Assembly: GCA_905178155.1 (NCBI GenBank)
Contig: CAJINV010000007.1
Coordinates: forward strand, 3,676,265 to 3,740,264
DNA length: 64,000 nucleotides
DNA from: Amoebophrya sp. A120
Lineage: Eukaryota; Protista; Dinoflagellata
Direction of reading: 5' to 3'
The translations under genes and the position numbers were made by a program. The notes beneath the pieces were generated by a model, which made no database searches, was not told where the DNA came from, and saw only the letters and a list, made by a program, of their open reading frames with translations. Of the stretch, positions 23,286-34,902 are shown in pieces. The first letter of the stretch is position 1; every line of letters starts with the position of its first letter.

Positions 23286-25310
23286 ATGTTGGACGCCTGG
23301 GAAACGAAAAAGCTGACCGAAATCTACGAAGAGCTGTGTTCTCTCCCCCAGAGCCAAGCCTTTTTGCACCCCTTGGTGTGGAGGGGGGCATCAGCATCTT
23401 CCCCTGCAGGAGTTGTGCCTACGAAGAGCGATGTTGAAGACAATCAAATTTCGAAGGAAGAGTCTGCCGTTGTCAACAAGCCGAAGGACTTTGTTGACTG
23501 CGACCTCGTGCTGATCGGCGAGGACCTGCGGCACAACGATCTGCAGAGTTCCCAGGAATTTTGGGACGACCTGCATCTCATCTCCCACAATGCCCACGTC
23601 TACGTATCAAAATGAAAAATCCCCCCTCCCCATATCAAAGCGGAAATTTGTGCTGCCGCTGCGGATTTGTGACCACAAATCAGCTTTGTATTGCAGAGAG
23701 GCACTGCGGCTAGATGAGATCCCCAGGCTAGGTAGGGGCGTATGCGTCTAGTAGTTCAGCATGGCAAACGGCCCCCCTTTAGGCCCAACAGCATGACAAA
23801 TCGCTTCCATAATGGGGCGGAAGCTTCTGCGCTTGTCTTCTTGCAAGACAGACGCGATCTGTGACCTCAACTCCGCAGCGCAAATTTTTGGAAACGCACC
23901 TTTTCAATATGGGGAGGGGGGATTTTTCCTCTCAATAGTACGTGGACCTGCACATGAAGTCCGCCGCCACGTCGCCCCAGGATCATCCCGAGTTCCAACA
24001 ACTCTTGCTTGCCGCCGCGGACTTTGAGGAGGCGGTTTCGCATCTGGAAACCTCCTTCAAACACGCACTGGAGGGGCACAAAACGCTGGCCCTGAACCTC
24101 GGAAACATGGACTTATGAAATGCAAAAGCATCGTACGTAGTATAAATTGCATATACAAATTGGCTCAGCATTACAAATTGAATTTGTAATGCGGATTTGC
24201 CTTAGGAACTGGATTTGTAATCATGCATAAATGCAACTAGTACCAGTACGACGAGTGCGATACTTTTGCACTGCATAGGACTCCTTTGTAGACGAAACCG
24301 CGGAGAAGTTTGCCGAGCTCCTGCATTCCGGGTGGCACGACGGAAACAGTGCGCTGTTGAGCGGTGCAGCTTATGGGCAGGAAAAAGCTTTCGGTTGGCC
24401 CTGCTGGCTGTGTTTATCCTGAATTTGAAGCAGCAGATATGGAAGAAAATGGAGTGATGAAAAGTGACGTGGATGTGGATCATCGTTGGCTTACAACTGC
24501 ATACAACGAACAGCTGATGCATGTGTGTGTGATGATGTGTACGGACGTTGAGATGATTTTCAGTGCGTCTACCAATTCGACCGTCGTGGAGAAAACAACA
24601 AAAAGGAAGAACGAGCGGCAAATTATTATTTGTGAGTCGCTTGATAAGTAGCCGAAACCGAAAGCCATTTCTTCCCATGATGTTCTTTCCTCTTCCTCCG
24701 GCGGCGTCACTTCCTTTTTCGCGTCTCTCTTGACTGGAGGCACCGCAGGGACGAGTACAGATCTCGGCAGCGGTGGTGGCACCAGTGAAGCTCACTTGCA
24801 AGAAATAGCCCCCCCTGCTTCTGCTACACAGACCTCAGCGGATGCGGCAACGTTGAGAAATGCCGCGGACAGAAATACTTCGTCGGTGTTTTCGCCCTCA
24901 GCTCGGTCGCCTTCGATTCTGAAACAGAATTTATACCCGTCTACCCCCGAGCTTCCCTCCGGGCGGCAGCCGCGGATTTTCGACAATCCGCGGGAATATC
25001 TAAAGCACGCACCGTCGCTGCACTCCCTTATCCCATGGGCACTTTTAGTACTCATGAAACTGAGACTATTCTTTTCATGGCCCGCCTAGTGCTGTTGGCT
25101 GCCGCGACTCATCTTGTTGGACTTTGTCGTGTGGGTCCTGATGTGACAGTGCTGACACTGGGAAATAAAGAAGGACTTTTTACAAAGTATGATCTCGAGC
25201 AGCAATAGGTACAAGACTTTTTGTCTCATGGGATAATCTTTTCGGACCAGTTTGTACAGCGCGGACTGGAATTGCATTCCCTGAATGATGTGAGGAACTT
25301 TCTGATCCAG
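23286..25310 (+). CDS. Bromodomain-like protein, multi-exon; ends uncertain (may start at 22962 and end near 25866)
   Basis: SQAFLHP..DLVLIGEDL..LQSSQEFWDDLHLISHNAHVY resembles the bromodomain core. The frame continues across introners 23605-23937 and 24114-24277. A probable intron at about 24372-24651 and introner 25029-25235 lead to a GTACGA donor at 25311. Confidence 0.6.
23605..23937. mobile_element. Introner/MITE, family D, 333 bp, TSD CTACG/GTACG
   Basis: Left TATCAAAATGAAAAATCCCCCCTCCCCATAT; right ATATGGGGAGGGGGGATTTTTCCTCTCAATA. Removal gives HVYVDLHMK. Confidence 0.93.
24114..24277. mobile_element. Introner/MITE, family A, 164 bp, TSD GGACT
   Basis: Left TATGAAATGCAAAAGCATCGTAC; right GAGTGCGATACTTTTGCACTGCATA. 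GGACT at 24109-24113 and 24278-24282. Removal gives NMDSFVDE. Confidence 0.93.
25029..25235. mobile_element. Degenerate introner, 207 bp
   Basis: Perfect 9-bp TIR TATCCCATG...CATGGGATA; flanks TCCCT/ATCTT are diverged. Removing the element plus 5 bp gives the in-frame LHSLSDQFVQRGLE. Confidence 0.7.
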
Positions 25311-26097
25311 GTACGAGATACAAATTTACCGTACACTCATTACTAAAAAATACGTGTACAACAACAAATTTCGGCAACCGAGTAGTCGTGATGCGGAACA
25401 CGGCAGAAAAGGAGTCCTGGCATCCGAGGATGCCTTGTTTCTTGCATTTTTTTTTGTACGTGTGCGGTAAGTTGTTTTCTGTGCATACTAGGAGGTCAGA
25501 GACTACTATGAAGACGAAAAAGATTGGACAGAAGTTGACATTTGAGTTTGGTGCGGTGCAAAAAGAACAGTTGCATATTTATAGGAGATATGATATTCAC
25601 ACAACGCTACATTTTTTGTAAACACGACTGCGGGGGATCATTCCTTTCTCTCGCGGTGTTCGTTGTTCTTCAGAAGCCCTTCGTACTGTGTGGAGCTTCG
25701 TCAGCATCTGCGTAAATCGTTATCGTTCTCTTGTTCTCGATTTTTCTTCTGAGAATTTTAATCGAGCGGTTGAAGAACGTGCTGGTGTCCCATCAGATCA
25801 CAGCTGTATGCAAGGCGAACCTTGTGCTTCGGGAGAAGAAGTAAGGGACAGCAAGATGAAACATGAGCTTGAGTGTCGTGCTGCCAGCGGCGGAGGTGCG
25901 CTGAGGAGAAAAATATTATCGGCCTCGCACGGAGAGAAAGGAAAAGAAGGTTAACGTATAAAGAGATTTAGAAAGGTCGAAGGTTTATGACTGTCAATTC
26001 GAAGCAGAAATTTTAATGTAAGAGTCTCAGTTATTTGTCATTGTCTGCTCGCATCTTGAGTGGAGTACTCTTTCTGGCAAGCACCCATTCGCAAGAT

Positions 26098-29000
26098 ATG
26101 TCTGTTATTGTTGACATTATGAGGCCCCTAGTGTCCATCTTTGTACCGGGGCCACGGCCGAGCCGCAACACGAAACGTCTACGAAACAAGAAGGGAACAA
26201 CGCCGGGCGGCAAGAAGAACTACGCAGACGTCTTCGTCGCATATACCTTTTCCCTCCGGCGCTTCAGTCATGTTGACGGGGCTTCGAACAACCTGCTCGC
26301 CCTATTTCTCGCGACGGTCGCGCTCTACTTTCTGTTCATCTTTAACATCTCGGTCTGCAGTATAACATCAGGGTGGAACAATTATGACCCCAAGAACTCA
26401 ACTCCCCGCGAACCAAAAGCCGTCGCGCTAGTACAACTGACGACGGACACGAAGGACACCAGTCGCATTGAGGACACGACCGCTGCCCCCACTTCAGCAG
26501 GAGCAGGAGGAGGGTTCTTATTTGCCTACGCATACAAGACTCACGGAGGTCACGAGGGCCGGGTCGCAACTGGTGGAAGACCGTCTCCGGATGAATATGA
26601 AAACGGCCTGCGCAGCTTCGCCGAGCCGGACCCGGATAGGGGTCTTCGTCTTCCAGATGACTTGGCGGACGACCGACACGGTGATGAGCAGAGCGCCACA
26701 GAGCTCGATGTCGAAGATGAAGCACAAGAAACAACGGAAGAAAACTACCCAATAAAAACCACATTGCGTCGTGAACAGATGATGATGACCCGCGGAGCAG
26801 CTGGACCGCCGGCCGCAGCCGCTGATAGAAGGCATAGCGCAAAAACTTCTCGACGATCACGAAAACACGGGAACGGCGAAGAAGATGACCTGAAGATTAT
26901 GCTGGAAGAAACTCTCCAAAAACAAAAACACCAGCAGCACTCCACGATCGAAAGTGATGGTCGTACGACGGAACAGATGACCGGTGAGGATACTAGTACG
27001 ATCGGCGACAGTAGTACTCCTTCTGGTAGCAGAAGTAGACGTAGTGGTGCAACAACTGGTACAACTGGTGGCGCCGCAGCTGCAACTACTAATTCAAAAT
27101 CGGCGCAGCTCCAGATGACCGTTCAAAAATCCTCCAAACCGCGATCGCTGGTTCGTGCCGAGACGAGTCCCTCTGATGTTGCAGCAGTTGATGACGAGCA
27201 TGCTGCAGAAGAAGAGCAAGACCGGGACAACAGCGCGATGGACCACGAGCACGACCACGAAACACTATCAAGTGACAGCCTGCTGGAGCACGATCACGTC
27301 CAGAAAGAGCTAGTACACGGGAGAAGTGACAACTGCAGCACGACGAATCTGGACTGGGAGATCTGGCCGAACAACGGGGCCAAAATTGTCGTAAAAGCCG
27401 GGCTATGCATTGCAGCAAAAGCATCGCACGACGTAGTAGAAATAGCATTGCAAATTTTTGCAGGAAGAACGAAAGCTTTAAATGCTCATGCTGAATTAGA
27501 AATAGAAACCACCTCTGTCACGCTGTAATGAAATTGGTTTTGGTACGACACGAGTGCGATACTTTTGCAGACGATACGGGCAGCTCAACTACGAGAACCG
27601 CGCAAGGAACTGCGCGGGTATGAAAGCGCCGGACTGCGCATACTACGCATGCAATTGGCAAACCTCTGATTCTGGGAAGAAACTGCACACTAACACAGCT
27701 GGCAACAAACCAAGCGTATCCGGGGGATATCCTGTGCAAAAATATCGCGCCCGTACTAATAACACCGCCCATGGATGACAAATCTGGCTCCCTAATTTAG
27801 TTTGCATGACACATTGCATTTTTCTTCTATGCGATTCAATATATTACCTCGAGTGCGATTCTTTTGCAGTGCATAGGGCTTTTTCTAGTCCGATCTTCAG
27901 GTTCCGGTATCCCACCTACAAACTTCCAGCGGGCGCCTATGCGTTGTTAATATGTCTGGCTCTGGAAGACGAAGAGTGCATTTTGTGTTGCATCATGGCT
28001 TGCATTCCTAAACTAATATCATTCTGTAATTGCATATGCATAGCCAGCAAAGGCGCCATGACTTTTTTGTCCTGGAGCAACGCAGTGACCCATTGCCATG
28101 CGTGCTGCGCATGAGTAGATGGCGTCAAATTATAGACTCGTCATGCTTGGCTGCACTTGAAAGGTTGAAAGCACCGGACCCATCGATTTCGATGCTTATT
28201 CGTCCCTCGATGGCGTCACAAGTTTCATCCAGGCCCAGACATGTGTGAATTCGATAGCGCCATGGGTGTGCGGAAAATGAAATTGTCGATGGAGTTCTAC
28301 AAAATCAAGAACAGCGGTTCGGGCAGCGGTGCTGCGCTATTCCTCTCGAGATATGCCAACGGTTGCGATGCGGATCCCAAGGGGCAGGAAACCACCTACA
28401 TTTTCAATCTCGACGGGCCGTATTTCGAGCTGCGGAAGTGGAAGAATCTCCATCAGCCAGGACCTGCGGGAGACACTGTTGCGAGCACGGCCTACGAGCA
28501 CGGAACTCAGACACTGTGCAAATCTCCGTGTGCCGAGGACGACCCCAACGACGTGGGGAAAAATTTTGCGAAGGAAGCGAAAGCGAACAGCATTCTCAAG
28601 AAAAGCGCCCTCGCGGGCCCGTCGGAATGGAATGAGGTCACTCTCGAGCTCGACAATACAAGCGGGAAAATCAAGCTCGGCGCTAACGGCAGGTCGTGGT
28701 TTCTGAAAGACAAGACAAAGGGCTGGATTAAGCTGTACCAGAACTCCGCGACGAATCAGATTTGTACGGTTGGTTTCCGACCCCACCGGAATCGCATTCG
28801 CATTGCAACGTCGACCACCACAACGACAACCTCAACAGCTGCGCAGGCGCAAGGCGGTACCGCTGCTAAGTCGGATGGGTCTTCATCTCCAACGCAGCAG
28901 GAGATGAAGGCAGTGCGAGGCTTCGATCTGAAACTAACCGTCGATGACAGTACCGACGTATCACACTGAAAAGTGTTAACGTGAACGGAATTTGCGATGA

Positions 29001-30049
29001 TCCAGGAATGCACGAGAAATGATGCCTAAAGAAATTTGTATTGCATAGCATGCAGTATAGCGAAAATTTGTCATGCATGACTGCAACGCCTCAAAGCCGT
29101 TACTTAACGTTAACACTTTCTTGCTTGAGACAGCGTTCAGGTTCTCGCGCGGGACCTGCTCGACCCCGTGAAAGAAGCCGTCGTTGCGTTTCTGGTGGAG
29201 AAAAGTCCGGACCTGGGGCTGACCCCTGCCGACATCGACGATGACGACGTGCTGATAGACAGCAAGAGTGCTCTCTATTCCTCGACGCTGTTGCAAGGAA
29301 TGACGGGGGAGGAGGAGATGACGGGCGAGGACGTCGATTCGTCGAGAAACAAAGAATTATCCAGCCTCCAGCATGATAGCGGAAGTCGGGAACAAAGCAA
29401 CGCGGCAACGGTCGGCGCGGCGTCCTTCGCCGGTGCGAGGCCTGCTGTTGCATCCTCGATGAAAGAAGCAGACACGAAGAGCGAGGTCAAGATGAGGAAA
29501 ACTCGCAGCACTTCTAGATCTTCATTGGAAACAAGAACGAGAGCAACTTCTTCCAAAACCGTGGAGCTGCAGGCCTCGGTGGGAGTTTGGGGCGACGTGG
29601 AGGCGCTCCAAAAACTCAACGACGCCTGGCCGGCGGGTTCGAATTTGCTCGGCAGTGATGACGTTGCAATTTTGCAGGGTTTGCTGTCGCAGAAAATTGA
29701 CGAGACTAGCGCGCTCGACGACGTTGTCACCGCAATCGAGGAAATTGGGCCGCACGCAGCAGCCGAGGCCAGTGAGACAAGACAGGTACTTGGAGCCACG
29801 CCTGGGAAGAACGACCAGACCACCACAACCACCACGACTGCAGCGCCAACCGAGGAAGAGAAAGAAAACAGCGCTGCCATGCTGGCCGGAACTGTGGCGG
29901 TCGTGGGGCTGCTCCTGGCCGGTGGCATCGCAGCCGCCGTCACCTACACCGACAGTGCAAAGCAGCACGGCGCAGAAGAGGATAATGTGGACGAGGAGGT
30001 CGTATGCAACGGTGACAATCATCCCACACGAGTCACATTAACCTCGTAG
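26098..30049 (+). CDS. Large surface/membrane protein: N-terminal hydrophobic segment, Cys-containing middle domain, Thr-rich stalks, C-terminal TM
   Basis: Exons 26098-27403, 27582-27727, 27881-27937, 28262-28958 and 29136-30049 join in frame after removing four introners. TM AAMLAGTVAVVGLLLAGGIAAAV. Further short 3' exons near 30336-30382 and 30744-30827 are possible. Confidence 0.7.
27404..27576. mobile_element. Introner/MITE, family A, 173 bp, TSD CGGGC
   Basis: Left TATGCATTGCAGCAAAAGCATCGCAC; right GTGCGATACTTTTGCAGACGATA. CGGGC at 27399-27403 and 27577-27581. Removal gives KAGQLNYE. Confidence 0.93.
27728..27875. mobile_element. Introner/MITE, family A, 148 bp, diverged TSD GGGGA/GGGCT
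   Basis: Left TATCCTGTGCAAAAATATCGCGCCCG; right CGAGTGCGATTCTTTTGCAGTGCATA. Removing the element plus 5 bp gives SGGFSSPIF. Confidence 0.88.
27938..28256. mobile_element. Introner/MITE, family B, 319 bp, TSD GCGCC
   Basis: TAT..ATGTCTGGCTCTGGA and TCCAGGCCCAGACAT..GATA ends. GCGCC at 27933-27937 and 28257-28261. Removal gives PAGAMGVRK. Confidence 0.92.
28959..29130. mobile_element. Introner/MITE, family F, 172 bp, diverged TSD CGACG/CAGCG
   Basis: Left TATCACACTGAAAAGTGTTAACGT; right ACGTTAACACTTTCTTGCTTGAGA. Removing the element plus 5 bp gives TDVQVLARD. A GT-AG alternative 28958-29140 is also in frame. Confidence 0.82.
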
Positions 30050-31483
30050 ATAGAAGTTTTGGCTCGAATGATAATGCTAATGCCGTGTAAATTTTTGCAT
30101 TACGTTTTTGTACAACATTGAACCGCTGCAACCAGCAGAACAAGGAAGGATGCGGTGGTTTTTCTATTGACTTGCATGGTGCTTTTGCCATTGCATGAAA
30201 AAGACATGAATCTAAACACGTTATCATTAGTCTTGGCCACCAGATGGAGCACAGTTGACTTCTTCTGCGTATGCAACAGTAACACTGTTACAAGAAGCTG
30301 TGGGCTGTGACTCGTGTGACTACAGTTTTCGTGAGGACATCGGGCAGAAGGCGAGGCAGATGGCAACGACGCGGAACAGAACGTAAGTTTTCCCGAATGA
30401 TGTAGAAAAATGTTGCGTGTTGTGTGCACTTAAAAATCTTACAGATATTTACAGATGAAGATGCTCCTTGTTGTTCAAGGTAGATGTTGCCGCAGAATGA
30501 CAAGATCAAGAAAGGTCATGAACACAAAACTTTGCAAAACGCAACCCAATGCTTATTTATCTTCAAATAGTATAATTTCGGCCCGTGCGCCGCCAGTGTG
30601 CAATATGTCGCGACACAAACAAACTACTCTCTCGCTCGTTGTCATGGTTATGGCCTTCATCACATGGACATGTTGGGCATAGGTAGCGATACACCCCATC
30701 TGCAGGAACAATGACACATCACTTCTTTTTATCGTAATCACAGGTTCCGATGGACGCAGCTCCCGAAGCAGGCGGGAACGCACCGCTTGGGAGTGCTTTC
30801 GGCGGCGGCGGCGGCGGGGAAATGTAAGACTAGGAGTAAGTAGTCGCACATCAAATTATCGTGACTGTCCTCAGACAAAAATGCTACACCTTTCATCTTG
30901 TTCAAAGTCGGCGTTGCTGCACTTCAGCGCGATTTACTTGCGATTGACTTCCTCGCAGACGACAATTGTCTTCGTAGCGCTAGCTGCTGAAGAGAGAAAA
31001 AAAACATACGCAGCAAAGGAACATCAATAGCTACCGCTTTGCTGTTGGCTGCAGGATCCAGGATCTGTTCGCACTTGGGCGGCCCCGCTACTTGCGGCTC
31101 CCTTTTTTACCACACGACAGTGTTCAGATTCATCTGAAGTAGAATTCGCATGGAGTAACATACGATAATTGTGGTTCAGGGACTCAAAAATTAAGATACA
31201 GTGTGGTCGTCGGACGTGGAGAAAGGTAAGATCAACTTGATACAACTATAAAAGTGACTTCTACCTACTTTCCCCAATGACATCATGATCATATCTGCTA
31301 ATTTCGGTTATTAAAGCGTAGCAGGGTCATCTGCTGATGGTTCTCCAACTGAAACGATCCCGATCCTGCCACTGGCCGTGTACAAAGTCACTTTTTGATC
31401 CAGTTTGTCGCCACTTGTGGTCCTTCATCTCCAACTCCAAGATAGACCGAGCGAACTCTCCGAAAAACTACCTCGAAAAAACC

Positions 31484-34454
31484 ATGACCGACACGACGGA
31501 CGACGGTGCCGCCGCTCGGCACCCGAAGCGTTTCGTTAACGAGGATGCGTCGCGGCTCGTGCGCGACGCTATCGACGGGCTGGTGGCGATCAACGCCAAG
31601 CACCTGACGCGGTTCCAATACCAGGACGGCACCAAGGTGATTCTGCGCAAGGACTGGACCAAGCAGAAGGTGGCTTTGATTTCCGGCGGCGGAGCGGGGC
31701 ACGAACCGGCCCACGCTGGGTTCGTCGGTCAGGGCATGCTGACAGCCGCCGTGTCGGGGGAGGTGTTCGCATCACCCACGGTACTTGCGACAACATCAAC
31801 AAACTGTCGCGGTTATTATGTTTCAACTGGAAGACTTAGACTTTGGCTTTGCGCGAGAGGACGAGAAGTTGTGTTTTCCCAATGTCCCAAGACGAGTCTC
31901 TGAAGCGTGACAAAATTTTTTGTGCCTAAAACCGCCACACAGGTCGACGCCATTCTCGCGGCCATCGTGGCGGTGACCGGCCCTAAAGGGTGCCTCTTGA
32001 TTGTGAAAAACTACACTGGCGACCGGCTGAACTTTGGTCTTGCGGCGGAGCGCGCCAAAAGCGAGTACGGGCTCCGCGTCCGCATGGTCATCGTTGCGGA
32101 CGATGTGGCGTTGCTGAAACAGGCCAGCGTCCGCCAGGCGCGCGGGCTCGCGGGAACGCTGCTGGTGCACAAGACGGCCGGCGCAGCCGCCGAGGATGAC
32201 GCGAAACTCGACCAGGTCACCATGGAAGCGCAGAAAATGGCGCTCGCCGTGAAGACGTTCGGCTGCTCCATGTCCACCTGCACGCAGGCGTTCTCGCAGG
32301 AGGGCCGGTCGCTCGGGGACAACAAAATGGAGGTGGGGCTCGGCATCCACGGTGAGCCGGGGGCCAGGAAGATGGAAGTGTTGCCGGTGAGTGACATCGT
32401 GCAACTAATGCTGGACGAGATCATGGAAGCCATCGACACGCAAGCGCGGGAGACATTGACCATGGCTCCTGCTTCGCAAGGTGGTGCTGCTGCACCAGCA
32501 GCTGCGCCGCAATTATCCGTTTCGGCGTCAGTAAATAACGCATCATTGAAGTTGAACATCAATCATCCCCCACTTCATCTTCTCTCGTTCCCGGACGAGA
32601 GCTCGGAGGAAACCGTGGAATTTGTGCAGCGAGACCACAGCAAACCGAAAAAGGAAAAGTCGCACGTCGTGGTTTTGATCAACAACCTAGGCTCCGTTCC
32701 GGCTCTGGAAATGCAGATTGTCGGGTTCGAAGTGCTGAAGAACCTGGGCCGGAGGTCGATCCACATCGTCGGCCCGGCGCCACTGATGACTAGCCTGGAC
32801 ATGAACGGGTTTTCCCTAACCATGGCCGTGGTAGACGAGTTCACGCTGACAAATCGGCTCTGCGCAACAAAAAACTTCGCCCCCCACTTGAACGCGAGCT
32901 GGCCGGGGGTGGCGAGCGGGGGAACGGTCTATTTCCAGGAGCTCGACCTCCCTGCCACGGTGAGGGTCGGCACGGATGCGCCCGACGTAGACGTATTCAC
33001 CGGTGGCGAGGACCTCATCGGGGGCGAAAACAGCAGTACAGGCACAGCGTTGCCGTCAGGAGACTCCGAAATGGAAAGGCAGCAGACTGCCTTTCAAGCG
33101 CAGCAGAAATTACTGTCGCAAGTGTGCCAAATCCTGATCGACAACAAAGACACGCTGAACGAAATGGACAAAAGGGTTGGCGACGGCGACACGGATATCC
33201 ACCTGAGTAAGAACTCCTTCTACGTACCCGGCCTACAGTAGAGATGTAAAGTCTGACGCTCCAGAAACAAATCCAAATCAAGCAGCTTAGCAGCGTAGCT
33301 TTGCGAAGCTGCTTGCGGCGACGGTGCAAAGGTTTTTGATGTGGTGTAGTCGGGTATGCATGACAAATGAAATGAAATGGGAGCTGCGCAGCACTGTCGC
33401 GAACGCGATTAGGTACCTTTGCCGCAACATCACATCAAATCTGCTTGTAGCTCGACATCATTCTGAGAAACTACAGCCTAAATACGAATAGCGAACGCGG
33501 CCTCGCACCAACTACATTGGGTGCCCCCGCGTGAAGCACTTACACTTCCCGTTCAGCCCAGATTTGCATGAGAAGTTGTATCTGTTGGAAATAAACGGGT
33601 ACGTTATTACCGCACCGTTGGATAAGATGCACGCAGATGGAGCTAGGCGCGAAAGCGGTACTGGATCAGCTAGTGAGCGGCAGCGCACGGACAAAGCCGC
33701 TCAGTTATCACGCCTTGTGTGAGAACTTGTCGAGAATTCTGCGAAAGAACATGGGCGGCTCCAGTGGAATTTTGCTCAGCATCTTCTTCGCCGCCATGAG
33801 TGCAGAGTTCCGCAATAGCAAGCTGGAAACGTCAGCGGGGAAAATAACGAACGCTGCATCTTCTTCAACAGCAGCACCGCCACCGTCCGGAGACGTGGGA
33901 GCAGATTGTGGCAGCCAAACGGTAAATGACTCTGACCAGCGGAACAAATCGTTCGAGGAAGCCATCCTGAAAGCGTTCCGAAAGGGCGTGCAAACGGTCA
34001 GCGAAGTCGGCGGAGCGGTGGAGGGAGACCGGACCATGCTCGACGCCCTCTTGCCCGCCAGTCGCGTTGGGAGCTTTGAGGAACTCTTTCCCGCCGCGAA
34101 GAACGGTGCGGAGAGGACTCGAAATTTGCTGTCGGCGCAAGCCGGCCGGTCGCAGTACGTTCCAGCAGAGGATTTGGAGGGAAACTATCCGATGTCAAAC
34201 CGCCCTCAACTGTACTGTCCTCAATTTGCCATGCGCACAATAGAAATAGATACACTTACACACGACGGCTTAATAGCACAATAAATAAAGCATCTTCACG
34301 CAACAGGCTGGTTTGCGTCTTGTGCGTGTGCTGCGACATGGTAAACTGAGGGAACAATGTTGGGGCGGCTGATTTTCTCTAGGATAGGTGCATGGACCCC
34401 GGGGCCTTTGCGTGCATGCTGGCTTTTCAAGCCATGCAAGAGAGTACGCTGTAG
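31484..34454 (+). CDS. DAK: Dihydroxyacetone kinase / triokinase (fused DhaK-DhaL)
   Basis: Exons 31484-31780, 31943-33194, 33629-34185, 34392-34454. Motifs [81 protein letters not shown] and DPGA. Confidence 0.95.
33196..33624. mobile_element. Introner, 429 bp, diverged TSD ACGGA/AGATG
   Basis: Left TATCCACCTGAGTAAGAAC..ACGTACCCG; right CGGGTACGTTATTACCGCACCGTTGGATA. It interrupts the GDGDTG motif of DAK. Confidence 0.88.
34186..34386. mobile_element. Introner, 201 bp, diverged TSD GAAAC/GGTGC
   Basis: Left TATCC..TCAAACCGCCCTCAAC..CCTCAATTTGCCATG; right CATGGTAAACTGAGG..GTTGGGGCGGCTGA..GGATA. Removal gives EGNMDPGA. Confidence 0.9.
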
Positions 34455-34902
34455 CTGCAGCTGGTTAGTACAGGCTCATACATCTTCCCATGGTGAATGC
34501 AAATCTTTAGCATGCTCTAGAGCTCGTCGCATCTCGCATCCATGCGAAAGAACAAATTACTGCAGAGTCAATTGATTCCATTTGCTAAAACGTCTGCACG
34601 ACCACTATAGAAAGGCTCCATCTATGGCACCTCCAATTCCTGCACAGCTGACCCTTGTGCTTCTGCTTTTTTTTTTCTTTTCATTGCTCTAGTACGTACT
34701 AGTAGTACTCCAAAATAATTTAGCGAGCGACTACGTCTGCGAGGTCATGCTAAACACGACGAAGACGAGCGGCAGGATAGCGCTTCATCATGTTTATACA
34801 TGTGCTCCGTTTCCGTTATTTTTTGGACTCTGAGGCACGAGTGAGGTACCGACACACTTTTAGAGCGTAGTTTCTGTATTTCCACTAGACGACATTGAAC
34901 CA

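Noticed and set aside
27404-29130. Nucleosome-periodic spacing of clustered introners
   Set aside because: Exons between adjacent elements in the window measure 57, 71, 75, 146, 171 and about 700 nt; no periodicity and too few data.
30003-30681. Large introner TATGC...GCATA with flanks GGTCG/GGTAG
   Set aside because: The TIR is very weak, and alternative models with small exons at about 30336-30382 and 30744-30827 fit at least as well.
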